A stretch of DNA of 61,974 nt, filler included, from Chiloscyllium plagiosum (Eukaryota): assembly GCF_004010195.1 (NCBI RefSeq). It is 3 parts of one record of this genome, joined end to end, with 100 filler letters (N's around TTAATTAATTAA, not from the genome) between each part and the next. Parts side by side here need not be neighbours in the genome. Positions count along the whole stretch, not along the records: positions 27,312 to 44,470 come from NC_057712.1; positions 44,571 to 61,974 come from NC_057712.1; 1 more part is not named here. The stretch is one strand, 5' to 3'. The position numbers and the translations under genes were made by a program. Below are positions 36,130 to 47,415 of the stretch, piece after piece (positions within the stretch are counted from its first letter, which is position 1; each line of letters opens with the position of its first letter). The notes under the pieces are model-generated. The model was not told the origin of the DNA, made no database searches, and worked only from the letters and a program-made list of their open reading frames with translations.

Positions 36130-36211
36130 ATGTATGTTTTGCTGTTCAAAGTTGCATATCTCACTGACATACTTTAGTATGATCTACATCTGCTTTTACA
36201 GCCGATGGAAT

Positions 36212-36470
36212 TTAGATTAGATTCCCTACAGTGTGGAAACAAGCCCATTTCCCTCTGACAAATGCACTGGACAATGTGGGCAATTTTAGCATGGCCAGTT
36301 CACCTGACCTGCACACCTTTGGATTGTGGGAGGAAACCAGAACACCTGGAGGAAATCCATGCAGACAAAAGGAGAATGTGCACACTCCACACAGACAGGT
36401 GCACGAGCCTCGGTTTGAACCTGGGTCCCTGGTGCTGTGAGGCTGCAGTGCTAACCACTGAGCCACTGCA
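36212..36470 (-). mobile_element. HE1-type V-SINE
   Basis: Reverse complement of the HE1 head, V-domain and tail. Confidence 0.9.
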
Positions 36471-39400
36471 AGTTAATAACAGAACTTGGAATGGGCACCT
36501 CTTCACACCAAGTGTTCCGGGTACTGTATCACCCCATGCCCATGCAATCTGTTGGGAGGCATAACTGACAGCATTTGTTAGATCCTGACAACATTTTAAC
36601 AGTGAGTCATTCAGTAAATGGCAATCAGCTGTATGGAGATCTATCATACCAGGCAGGGACATAGGTTGCCCAGTTATAACTTCAAAAGGGCTTGGACCAA
36701 ATGTTTGATTAGGTGTCGCCTGAATACTACACAGGACTAAAGGGAGAGCTTGGGGCCAAGACACTTCTTCCTGCTGGTAATTGGCCGAGCATTGTTTTAT
36801 CATCCAGTTTATACCCTCAACCTGTCCTGATAACTGTGGGTGACGTGGACAATGCAAGCCCCATTTAATGTTCAACAACCCGCACACCTCTTGACATACC
36901 ACTCCAGTAAAATGAGTTCCTTAGTCTGAATTAATGCTAAATGGGACCCCTCTTCAGGGAACTTTAGCAGTATCATTGGCTGTAGTCTGGCAGGTGTCTT
37001 CTCCACACATTGTGAGAATTTATCCATCATAACTAAGACATTTGATTCTTGGCACTTGGGGAGAGAGATGTAATCCACCTGTTAGAAGGATCCAGCAGGT
37101 GCCGGAGGTCCAAGTTGTGGCACTACTGTGGTAGGTCCAGGATTGTTCTTCTGGCAGGTTACATAGTGATCCACCCCAAGTTGCACATGTCTCTTAAATC
37201 CTCTTCCCCACCAGCTCTTTTGGAATCAGGCCATCACCTGTAGAGGGGCCATGTGCCTCCAGCAATGTACTTGCTGCACTAGGAAGGGCATTAACACCAG
37301 TGGTGCATTGGCTTGTTGAATTTGAGTTTGATTGTCCCATTATCTCCAAATACCATCTTCACAAAATTTTATTCAGCCTCAATCCATGTCCACTTTTCCT
37401 CCTTAGAACACTGATCTTGCATAGTTCTAAGATCTTGTAATTAGCTTGTGAAGATCTGTATCTCAATTTTTTTTATTCCTTTAGTTGACTTCCCTGTGAG
37501 GCTGCTCTTTTTGCCTCAAGATCAGCCTTGTGCCTCCGTAGTGTTCTATCGCATATGTGCCTTGCATTTCAGAAATGCAGCTTCTTGTTGGCAATTGAAT
37601 GGCTTCTAGAGAATTTTGGACCTCAACTTCATTCCTGCCACAGTAAGACCTGGAACCTCCACAGTAGTGCCACAACTCTTACCTTTGGCATCTGCTGGAC
37701 CCTTCCAACATTTGCAGGTGAATTACATCTCTCTCTCCAAGTGCTACAAAAGCCCAAAAGCGTGAGCCACCCCCAAAGCATATGAGAATCTGTGCAGATG
37801 TTAGCTATTTTCCTGTTGGCTTCTGTGAGTGCTTTTAGTACTGCCTGTTGGACTGAAGAGCCTGCTGGCAAATCCCTCGAGCTATTACTTCATGCAATAG
37901 CTGGTGACAGCCCATCCTGTTTTTTGAACATTGTCTTTGACAAAGGAGGACCCATCCATATAGAGGACAAGGTCAGGGTTTTGTAGATGCTCTTCCGCCA
38001 CCTGAGTCGCTTCATCCAAGTGCTGCAAACTTTCCATGCAGTTATGTACTTCACCACTATCACTGTCCTCTCCTCACCTCCCCCCTTTTGATCCCACACA
38101 AAAGGTAGCAATGTCACATAATTAACTGAGCTTGCATGGACCAGGTGGAGGTTGGGGCTTCTAAAAGGGCTGTCCAGCGGGTCCATTGAGCCGCAGTTAT
38201 CTGCGAAACATGGTTCATACATAACATAACAGGAACCGTGTGTGGGCATTGGACAATCAGCTTTTGATCTAGCACAATAGGGGCAGTGGCCATGACAGCT
38301 TGAGATATGCTTTTCATTCCCCTCTGACAACTACCTTAGCTCAGTGCCACAGAAACTATAATTATAACCGAAAGCCAACCTTACACATGACACCATGCTC
38401 CAGTCTGAGGGTGGCTTTCATGGAGCCATCTTTCTCATGTATGTAAAGAGTAAATAGCTTACTACTGTCAGGGATTCCCAGGGCTAGAGGGGAAATTACA
38501 GTTTGTAATTTCAGGAAGACAGATTGCTCTTCAGGAGTCTTTAGATCCACATTTTCCTTTAAAGAGATCATTCAATGGCTGGGCTAATTGTGTGAAACTA
38601 CCAACCTAGTTACAGTTAAAATTGCAAAGCCCCAAAAAGGATCTCAGTTTCCAGATCACAGTGGGTTCTTTAGCAGCCCAACTGGCTGCTGCCCTACTTT
38701 GTGTCATCGCTCATTTGCCTGCCAAGGTTGTCTGTCCCAAATACATCATTTCCTCTTGGGCAATCTGTGCCTTCTTAAGATTGTCTTTATGATCACAAGA
38801 GGGTGTGGAAATTTTCCCTACGCTGTTCCTCAGTCCACGATGCTATCAAGGTATCGTCCATGTACTGAATGACTGTGGGCGCCATTACAGGCAATTACTG
38901 CAATGATTCTGCAGGACTGTATGGAATACTGTAAGGCTACTGTGAAAATCTTGGGGAAGCATGTCCAAGTGTACTGCTTTTGGTGGACCGGGATAGCAAA
39001 TCATGGTTGCATTGCTGGGGCTAGAAGGACAGATCAGAATCCATCAGCCATGTCTATGATCGAAAAATATCCATGTTCTGGGGAGAGAGAATTAAAAATG
39101 GTGGATGGGTCAGCTATCAGAGGCACCTTTTGGTCAATGCACTGATTGGCCTTCCAGTAGTTTAGATTAGATTAGATTAGATTAGATTAGATTAGATTAG
39201 ATTGATGGTCAAATGCTGGGTACTATCCGGTTTCTTAACTGGCCAGATAGGATCGTTGGACTTGCTGTGTACCTTGACCAGTACACCCTGTTGTTCCAAT
39301 GTAAATGGGTAGAATACTAGCAATGGAGGCAGAGCTAATGGGATATTGCTGAGTACATGGTGGGCAGTTTTGGTGAAAGTGACTGGAACCATTTTGAGCA

Positions 39401-39789
39401 AATCACAGTCATTTTTGTCCTTTACCCAAACCGGATGGTTCTGCCACTCCTGTTCCTTGAGGTGTTGTATTGAGCAAGTAATGCAACCATTCTCAAAGTG
39501 TAAGGATGAATTTATTTGAGTCAAAACATCCATCCCCAAGAGGACTTGTTGTCCTGACCCTACCCAAATGGATGCTAGAATCTAGTGTGGCTCTGGCTGT
39601 GTGTTCCTAAGCCACAATCCTTTCCCCCACTCCCACTGCAGTCCTAAGCTCCTTGTCCATCGGTAGATCCCTTTCTGCAATTCCTCAGCTCCAGTATCGA
39701 AAAAACAGTCAATTTCCTTATCACCCATCCCCATAACAGCCATTGAGTCATTTTTGTAAAATGACTAAGAAAGAGGATAAGAGATAAGA

Positions 39790-40961
39790 TCAAAAAAGAC
39801 ATTGGAGCAGAAATTAGGCCATTCAGCCCATCAAGTCTGCCCTGCCATCCAATCATGGCTAAGTTTCTCAACCCCATTCTTCCGCTTTCCTCCTGTAACC
39901 CTTGATCTCCATGATAATCAAGAATGTATCTATCTTAGTCTTAAATATACTCAATGACCTGGCCTCCACAGCCTTCTGTGGCAGTGAATTCCATGGATTC
40001 CCCCCTCCCTGGCTGAAGAAGTTTCTCTTTATCTCCGTTCTAAAAAATGTTCCCTTTACTCTAAGGCTGTCCTCGGGTCCTGTCTCCTCTATCAATGGAA
40101 ATACCTTCCCAACATCCACTCTGTCCAGGTCATTCAGTATTCTGTAAGTTTCAATTAGATACCCTCTCATCCTTCTAAATTCCATTGAGTATAGACTCAG
40201 AGTGCTCAAACATTTCTTATATATGTTAAGCTTTTCATTCCTGGGACCATTCTCATGAACCTCCTGTGAACCTGCTCCAGGGCCAATACATCCTTCTTGA
40301 GATATGGGTCCCATAACTGCGCACATCACTGCAAATGTGGCCTGACCAGAGCATTATAGAGCCTCAGAAGTACGTTCCTGCTTTTATATTCAAGTCTTCC
40401 CAAAATAAATGCCAATATTGCATCTGCCTTCCTAACTACTGATTCAACCTGCAAGTTTACCTTGAGAGACTCCTGGACTAGAACTCCCAAGTCTCTTTGC
40501 AATTCAGACTTCTGAATTTTCTGCCCATATAGAAAATAGTTCATGCTTTTATTCTTCTTAGCAAAATGCATGACCTCACACTTTGCCACATTGCACTCCA
40601 TCTGCCACTTCTTTGACCACTCCCCTAACATGTCCAAATCCTTCTGCAGCCTCCCCACCTGCTCAATGCTACCTGTCCCTCTACCTACCTTTGTATCATC
40701 TGTAAACTTAACAGAATGCCCTCAGTTCCTTCATCTAGATCATTAACATATAAGGCGAAACATTGTGGTTCCAACACTAATGCTTGTGGAAACCACTTGT
40801 CACCAGCTGCCATTCTGAGAAAGACCCTTTCATCCCCACTCTCCACTTTCTGCCAGACAGCCAATTTTCTATGCATGCTAGTACCTTGCCTCTAATACCA
40901 TGGACCCTTATCTTACTCAGCAGTCTCCTGTGTGGCACCTTATCAAAGGCCTTTTTGAAGA
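39790..40961 (-). mobile_element. CR1 3' fragment inserted at the ERV gag-pro junction
   Basis: LQKDLDMLGEWSKKWQMECNVAKCEVMHF, YSMEFRRMRG motifs. Confidence 0.92.
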
Positions 40962-42702
40962 TGGTGGGTGGGCAGTTCTAGTTTTTTTATCAGCTTTAGA
41001 AGGCCTCCATGCTTTTCAAGAGATAGGTTTTTAATGCATTCCTCTGTTCTGTTGTTGGGTGATTCAAAGGGGTTAAGTCCTGCCGAGGTGCTGATTTGCC
41101 AGAAGTTGACTTCGTCTTAAAGTGGCATGTTTTTGCCCAATGTTCCTCTTGGCCACAGTTGCGGCATCTTCTGGGGCATCTATGAGGTGGACCGCCAGAT
41201 GCAGCCATTACCGTGTGTATAGTTCTTGAGTTAAAGTCCATGTTTCACTCAAGTTGATTCGCCATCTATACTATCTCTCCGAACGATTCATGACTCATTT
41301 CTCAATCTGGATGTGTAATCTTGAGTATTTTAGCTAATTCAATCCTGCAACAAAGGCAGATTTGAAGTGAGTTAAAGTACTTTGGTCTAATTTGTCTTCG
41401 TTATTGATGTTATCAGCCAATCCCAAATGTTTAATCCATACACTACAAAGTGCTTTGCACAGTGCCTCAATTCTTCATTACCTCTCTGCTGACAGGTAGA
41501 TATTTTACTCCAGTCAGTTTTTGGTGCACTGTGGTCTTTCAACCAATTTTAGATCACTTTCCATCCCTTGTCCAAATTCTGTTCATCTTCTCCTAATTCT
41601 TTAGTCACCTTTCTAGAAAATTTCTAGCCAGCATTACCTCCCACCATAATAGACATTTATACTCTATCCATGGAGTGGAGACTATATATATTTTAGAGTT
41701 TTTCCAACTCAGTCCAAGTCTTTACACCACCTTTTTTGGGATCAGGGAGCTCATTAAACCACATTTCTATCGATTTTGGATTGGCCAGTTTATATCCTAC
41801 CCATTGGGCATATTCATATTTGACCTTCCCTTCTTCATCAGTTGTTTTTCCTTGTTTTGACTTCAGGTTTGTACAATTGTTTGATTAGGGGCTTTGTGGT
41901 TTTTTTATCTTCATGGTACAAATCACTATCCTCACTTTCAGTCTCAAATAACGGCCGAACCTTAGGGGCCAGTTGATCCAAAGATTGTGTAGTCAGAGGG
42001 GCACATGGATATGGTGGGGGTGACTCTGTGTAGGAATGAATTTCCCACTCTTTGTGAAGTTCCAGCTTTGTGGTTTTCAACTTAGCACAGACAGCTTTCA
42101 GTTGGCTTTTTAAATTAATAATTTTGTGGTCATGATTAGTTTTTTCAATAATTTGATGTCATTGTCTGATTTTGTTGCATGATACATAATGACCAGTGAG
42201 TATGTTCTGTATTTTTAAGCCAGGTACTTTTGCCCCAAACAGGTTTTATATCATCCAGAGACCATTGTCACCTAAGGTTCTATATTTTTGCTGAATTTTA
42301 AATTAAAGTGGTGGGTAGATCAAGCTGGTTTCAATATACCCCTTTACATTTTGGAGTAGTTCATCTTCATTGACAGTGGGCAGGGCCTCTCCTCCTCTAA
42401 CATTGTAGGTTTCGATGGGTCGGAGATGGTTTTTGCTTCAGGATTAGTTTGTACTGATATGGACTCTTCCTCGGAAGCCCGAGAAAGAGTTAAGCCTGTT
42501 GCTACTGACATCGGTATTCTAACTACAGTAATAAGTTCAAAGTAGGACCATATACGGTATAGAATTGTGTCACACAAGAAGATTTTGGACCTTCATTTTC
42601 GCCCAGGGACTTTGATAAGAGAGAAGTCCTTACCTCTAGTCATCGATTCAGGGAGCAGTGATTAGCCGAGATTTGTGTTATTTCCTCTTCAGTCCAGTTG
42701 CA

Positions 42703-42720
42703 ATGCTGCCGACTATGCCA
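42703..42720 (-). promoter_or_regulatory. ERV primer binding site, tRNA-Ser
   Basis: TGGCATAGTCGGCAGCAT matches 16/18 nt of TGGCGTAGTCGGCAGGAT (complement of the tRNA-Ser 3' end), 4 nt from the LTR end. Confidence 0.88.
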
Positions 42721-42724
42721 AAAT

Positions 42725-43153
42725 TGTTGGGTTCGAGAATTGTTGGGTTCGATGTTTTCTCAATGAAGCACACAAGGACCACTGGGAATGGTTAGTTTCA
42801 AATTTTAGTTACAGAAGCAGTCCAACTGCCTGAACTTGCCGGAACTGCTCACCTGGGGCTTGTATTCTCACAATTTTGTACTCACTCCCATTCCCTCCGT
42901 TTGCTCCAATCGGTTCACTCAAGTACGAGGGTGCTTGCCACTTTAGTGATCAGCCCCTCCTCTTTATTGACACTTCTGTCTGTTAGTTTTCTATACGGGC
43001 TCCCTCATGGCTTCGCCTCCCCCACTCAATAGAGGGTGACACACATATACACGCCCTCCATTTTCCAAAAAAGTAAAATATTTAGTCTCCTTTCAGCCGC
43101 AGACAATTTGTTTTAAACCTACTTGTTTAAACATAACCAAGCTTTCTCCAATA
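42725..43153 (-). mobile_element. ERV 5' LTR (~430 bp)
   Basis: Termini T(A)TTGGAG...CCCAACA; TATAGAAAA and AATAAA on the minus strand; satellite resumes at 43154; 16-bp tandem duplication at the U5 end. Confidence 0.8.
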
Positions 43154-43772
43154 GCACTTTAGTATGATGTACATCAGATTTTAAGAAGTTTGATGGACTT
43201 AGAGATTTTGATGTGCCAGTGTTCTTATATCACTGGGAGATGCAATTTAGTACAATCAGAATGAGATTTAAAGATGTTTGGTGGAAATGGAGATTTTGAT
43301 GTGCCATGTTGCTTACTCTACCCAGATAGGGGCAGTGCTGTGGCTCAGTGATTAGCACTGCTGCCTGATAGTGCCAGGAACCCATGGCAACTGCCTGTGT
43401 GGAATTTATACATTCTCCCAATGTCTGAGGGGGTTTCCTCTGTGTGCTCAGGTTTCCTCCCACAATCCAAAGATGTGCAGGTTAGATGAATTGGCCATGG
43501 TAAATTGCCCATAATGTCCAGGGGCATGTAGATTAGGTGCATTAGTTAGGGGTAAGTGTCGAGTAATAGGATAGGGGAATAGGTCTGGGAGGGTGACTCT
43601 TGGGTGGGTCAGTGTGGACTTGTTGGTCCAAATGGCCTATTTCTGCACTTAGTGATTCTTCTAAGTAATCATGCTAAAGTGCATATCTCAGTGAGAAAAG
43701 TGACTTTGATCAACAAAAGGTTTAGCTCAGTCAAACGTCTTAAAATCTAATGAGGATCAGACTAAAGTGCAC
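43154..43772. repeat. Continuation of the 88-bp satellite (forward 43154-43328, inverted ~43665-43772)
   Basis: Monomer consensus is recognisable on + before the SINE and on - after it. Confidence 0.85.
43329..43660 (+). mobile_element. HE1-type V-SINE (older)
   Basis: Head, V-domain and decayed tail. Confidence 0.85.
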
Positions 43773-44470
43773 AAGTGAAGTGTGTATACTTCAATGCAAG
43801 AAGTATACGAAATAAGAGAGGTGAACTTGCAGCGTGGGTTGGTACCTGGGATTTCGATGTTGTGGCTATTACGGAGACATGGGTAGAACAGGGACAGGAT
43901 TGGCTGTTGCAGGTTCCAGGGTTTAAATGTTTTAGTAGGGTCAGAGGTGGGGGTAAAAGAGGGGGAGTTGTGGCATTGCTTGTCAAAGATAGTATTACAG
44001 CGGTGGAAAGGACGATGGATGAAGACTCTCTATCTGAGGTAGTTTGGGCTGAGGTTGGGAATAGGAAAGGTGAGGTCACTCTGTTCGGAGTTTTCTACAG
44101 GCCTCCTAAAAGTCCTAGAGACATAGAAGAAAGGATTGCGAGGATGATTCAGGAGAAGAGTGAAAGTAATAGGGTGGTTGTTATGGGGGACTTTAACTTT
44201 CCAGATATTGACTGGGAAAGCTATAGCTCAAGTTCGTTAGATGGGTCAGTGTTTATCCAATGTGTGCAGNNNNNNNNNNNNNNNNNNNNNNNNNNNNNNN
44301 NTTAGAATTAGAGGTAGGTGAGCACTTTGGGGACAGTGACCACAATTCGGTGTCTTTTACACTAGTGATGGAGAGAGATAAGTGTGCACTGCAGGGCAAG
44401 AGTTATAGTTGGGGGCAGGGAAATTATGATGCGGTGAGGCACGACTTAGGATGCGTGGCTTGGAAAAGTA
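43773..44470 (+). mobile_element. Young CR1 ORF2 APE domain (open frame, runs into gaps)
   Basis: CVYFNARSIRNK...VAITETW...FYRPP...VMGDFNFP...DSDHN with no stops in the sequenced part. Confidence 0.95.
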
Positions 44471-44848
44471 NNNNNNNNNNNNNNNNNNNNNNNNNNNNNN
44501 NNNNNNNNNNNNNNTTAATTAATTAANNNNNNNNNNNNNNNNNNNNNNNNNNNNNNNNNNNNNNNNNNNNCTGTATCTTCCATATCCTTTTCCACAATAA
44601 ATACTGATGCAAAATATTCGTTTAGTATCTCCCCCATCTCCTACAGCTCCACACAAAGGCCGCCTTGATGATCTTTGAGGGGCTCTATTCTCTCCCTAGT
44701 TACCCTTTTGTCCTTAATATATTTGTAAAAACCGTTTGGATTCTCCTTAATTCTATTTGCCAATGCTATCTCTTGTCCCCTTTTTGACCTCCTGATTTCA
44801 TTCTTAAGTATACTCCTACTTCCTTTATACTCTTCTAAGGATTCACTT

Positions 44849-45620
44849 GGATCAGTGGTGCTGGAAGAGCACAGCAGTTCAGGCAGCATCCGGGGACAGG
44901 CAAAATCGACGTTTCGGGCAAAAGCCCTTCATCAGGAATAAAGGCAGAGAGCCTGACGCGTGGAGAGATAAGCTAGAGGAGGGTGGGGGTGGGGATAGAG
45001 TAGCATAGAGTACAATAGGTGAGTGGGGGAGGAGATGAAGGTGATAGGTCAGGGAGGAGAGGGTGGAGTGGATAGGTGGAAAAGGAGCTGGGCAGGTCTT
45101 ACAAGTCCGGACAGGTCAGGGGATCGAGTTTCTGGAGGTTAGTAGCTAGGATGAGGTGGGGGAAGGGGACATGAGGAAACTGTTGAAATCCACATTGATG
45201 CCCTGCCTCGGAACACTTCAACCCCAGGGCATCAATGTGGATTTCAACAGTTTCCTCATTTCCCCTTCCCCCACCTCATCCTAGCTTCTAACCTCCAGTC
45301 CTCGAGTTGGCCTCATCCTAGTTTCTAACCTCCAGCAACACGATCCCCCTGACCTGTGCGGACTTGTCCGACCTGCCCAGCTCCTTTTCCACCTATCCAC
45401 TCCACCCTCTCCTCCCTGACCTATCACCTTCATCTCCTTCCCCACTGACCTATTGTACTCTATGCCACTCTCTCCCCATCTCCACCCTCCTCTAGCTTAT
45501 CTCTCCACGCTTCAGGCTCTCTGCCTTTATTCCTGATGAAGGGCTTTTGCCCGAAACGTCGATTTTGCCTGTCCTCGGATGCTGCCTGAATTGCTGTGCT
45601 CTTCCAGCACCACTGATCCA
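44849..45620. mobile_element. Long Penelope-like foldback (~350-bp arms, family 1b)
   Basis: 44849-45205 is nearly the reverse complement of 45224-45620; a hammerhead core lies in each arm. Confidence 0.9.
45529..45564 (+). ncRNA. Minimal type I hammerhead ribozyme motif (PLE-associated)
   Basis: CUGAUGA (45533-39), A, stem II GGGC-UUUU-GCCC, GAAAC (45553-57), GUC cleavage triplet (45558-60); helix III reduced to the palindrome ACGU. Confidence 0.75.
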
Positions 45621-46425
45621 GAAGCTACAGAGCTCGGCTGAGAGTAACAACTGGAGTTTAATGTGGAAAAGTGTGAGGTGTTTCAATTTGGAAGGAGTAA
45701 CAGGAATTCAGAGTACTGGGCTAAAGGTAAGTTTCTTGGTAGTGTAGATGAGCAGAGAGATCTCGGTATCCAGGTACATAGATCCTTGAAAGTTGCCACC
45801 CAAGTAGATAGGGTTGTTAAAAAGGCATACAGTGTGTTAGCTTTTATTGGTAGAGGGATTGGGTTTTGGAACCATGAGGTCATACTGCAGCTGTACAAAA
45901 CTCTAATGCAGCCACACTTGGAGTATTGTCTACAGTTCTGGTCACTGCATTATTGAAGGATGTGGAAGCTTCAGAAAGGGTTCAGAGGAGATTTACTAGG
46001 ATGTTACATGGTATGTAGGGAAGGTCTTACAAGGAAAGTCTGAGGAACTTGAGGCTGTTTTCATTAGAGAGAAGAAAGTTGAGAGGTGACCTATATGACT
46101 CAGTAAAAATAATCTGAGGGTTAGATAGCGTGGACAGTGAGAGCCTTTTCCTTGGATGGTGATGGCTAACATGAGGGGACATAGCTTTAACTTGAGGGGT
46201 GTTAGATGTTGGACAGATGTTAGAGGTAGTTTCTTTACTCAGAGGGTAGTGGGGTGTGGAACGCCCCTGCAACAGTCGTAGACTTGCCAATTTTAAATGG
46301 TCATTGGATAGGCATATGGATGAGAATGAAATAGTGTCGGTTAGATAGACTTCAAATTGGTTCCACAGGTCAGCACAACATCAAGGCTGAAGGGCCTGTA
46401 ATGCGCTGTAATGTTCTATGTTCTG
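45621..46425 (+). mobile_element. CR1 3' fragment
   Basis: KCEVFQFGRSN...QRDLGI...PHLEYCLQFWS; 3' tail TGTTCTATGTTCT. Confidence 0.92.
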
Positions 46426-46814
46426 TGGTACACCAGCCTCCTGTCATCTACAGCTATTCTTTGCATCCTGTTGCTTATCCAGTTTCTGAACTATTTCGCC
46501 AAGTTTCCCTGAATTCTATTTGCTTCAACCTTCTCTATCTGTCTGTGGTATCTTGTCAAAAGCTTTACTAAATTCCGTATGACCTACATAGTGAATTTCC
46601 CTCATCCATGCGCTTGAACATATTTTCACAAACTTCTAGCAAATTTGTTCGGCATGACCTGCCTCTATCAAAACTATGCTGACTACTTCTAAATAAAACT
46701 AATTCCTACTAAATATTCATAAATCTGTTTCAAAAAAGCATCATCCATTCAAAAACAACTTCAAAGAAATTAAATGATCACAAAGCTGTCAGCTTTTTTA
46801 AAAGGCAAATATTA

Positions 46815-47415
46815 ATTCACCATATATGGATTTTGCTGGCTGGGCTGGCATTTATAGTCGATTTCCTAATTTCCCTGGAGAAAGGGGTACTGTGCTGCCA
46901 TATTAAATGGCTGCAGTCTTTGGGGAGTATGCTATTAGGAAGAAAGTTCCAGGAATTTGACACAATGACAATGAAAGAACAGCAACATATTTCCATGTCA
47001 GGATGTAGACAGGTTTGGAGGGGAACTTTCAGGTGGTGATGTTCCCACATATCTGCTGTCTTTGTCCTTCTAAATGGTATTAGTCATGAGTTAGGAAGGT
47101 GTTGTTGAATGAGGCAGGTGAATTACTGCAGTGCATGGAGTGGATGGGATGTACTGTGTTGGTGATGAAAGTGATGAATGGGGTGCTAATTAAGCAGCCT
47201 ACATTGGTGCCGAACTGTTTGGAATATTGTTGAAGCTGCACTCATCCTAGCAAATTAAATATTCTATCACATTCTGATTTGTACCTTGTAGATAATGGAC
47301 AGGCTTTGGGAAGACAGAAGGTAAGTTAGTCACCACAAAATTCATGACCTCTGACCAGCTCTTGAAACCACAATATTTATATGGCTGGACCACTTTAGTT
47401 TCTGGTCAGTAATAA
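46815..47415 (-). mobile_element. Old LINE 3' end, family unassigned
   Basis: Resembles a recurrent shark repeat tail (…ATAAATGCCAGCCCAGCCAGC…); heavily decayed. Confidence 0.45.

Larger units (their letters stand above)
31570..36200 (+). repeat. Diverged ~88-bp tandem satellite, two monomer types
   Basis: Consensus ~GATTTTAAGAAGTTTGATTGAATTGGATGTTTTGCTGTTCAAAGTTGCTTATCTCACTGAGATATGCACTTTAGTATGATCTACATCA; cores recur at ~31664, 31752, 31840 and ~32622, 32710, 32797, 32885; about 30 units before 34058. Confidence 0.92.
36471..43153 (-). mobile_element. Degenerate endogenous retrovirus (LTR-PBS-gag-pro-pol), 3'-truncated
   Basis: gag with PPPY late domain and CRNCGQEEHWAKTC knuckle; protease FFDTGAE (~39685-39715); RT PIWPVKKPD, QYTWTCFPQ, QYMDD (~38853-38867); tether LGIPDSSKLFTLY; RNase H LYMDGSS and ANICTDS; integrase MDYISLP, HCPRHPQLSGQVE, SPFEVITG. 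Confidence 0.9.

Noticed and set aside
39160..39203. (TTAGA)n as a telomere-like repeat
   Set aside because: It is the reverse complement of the (TAATC)n HE1 tail, probably an extremely truncated insertion or an expansion inside the ERV RT.
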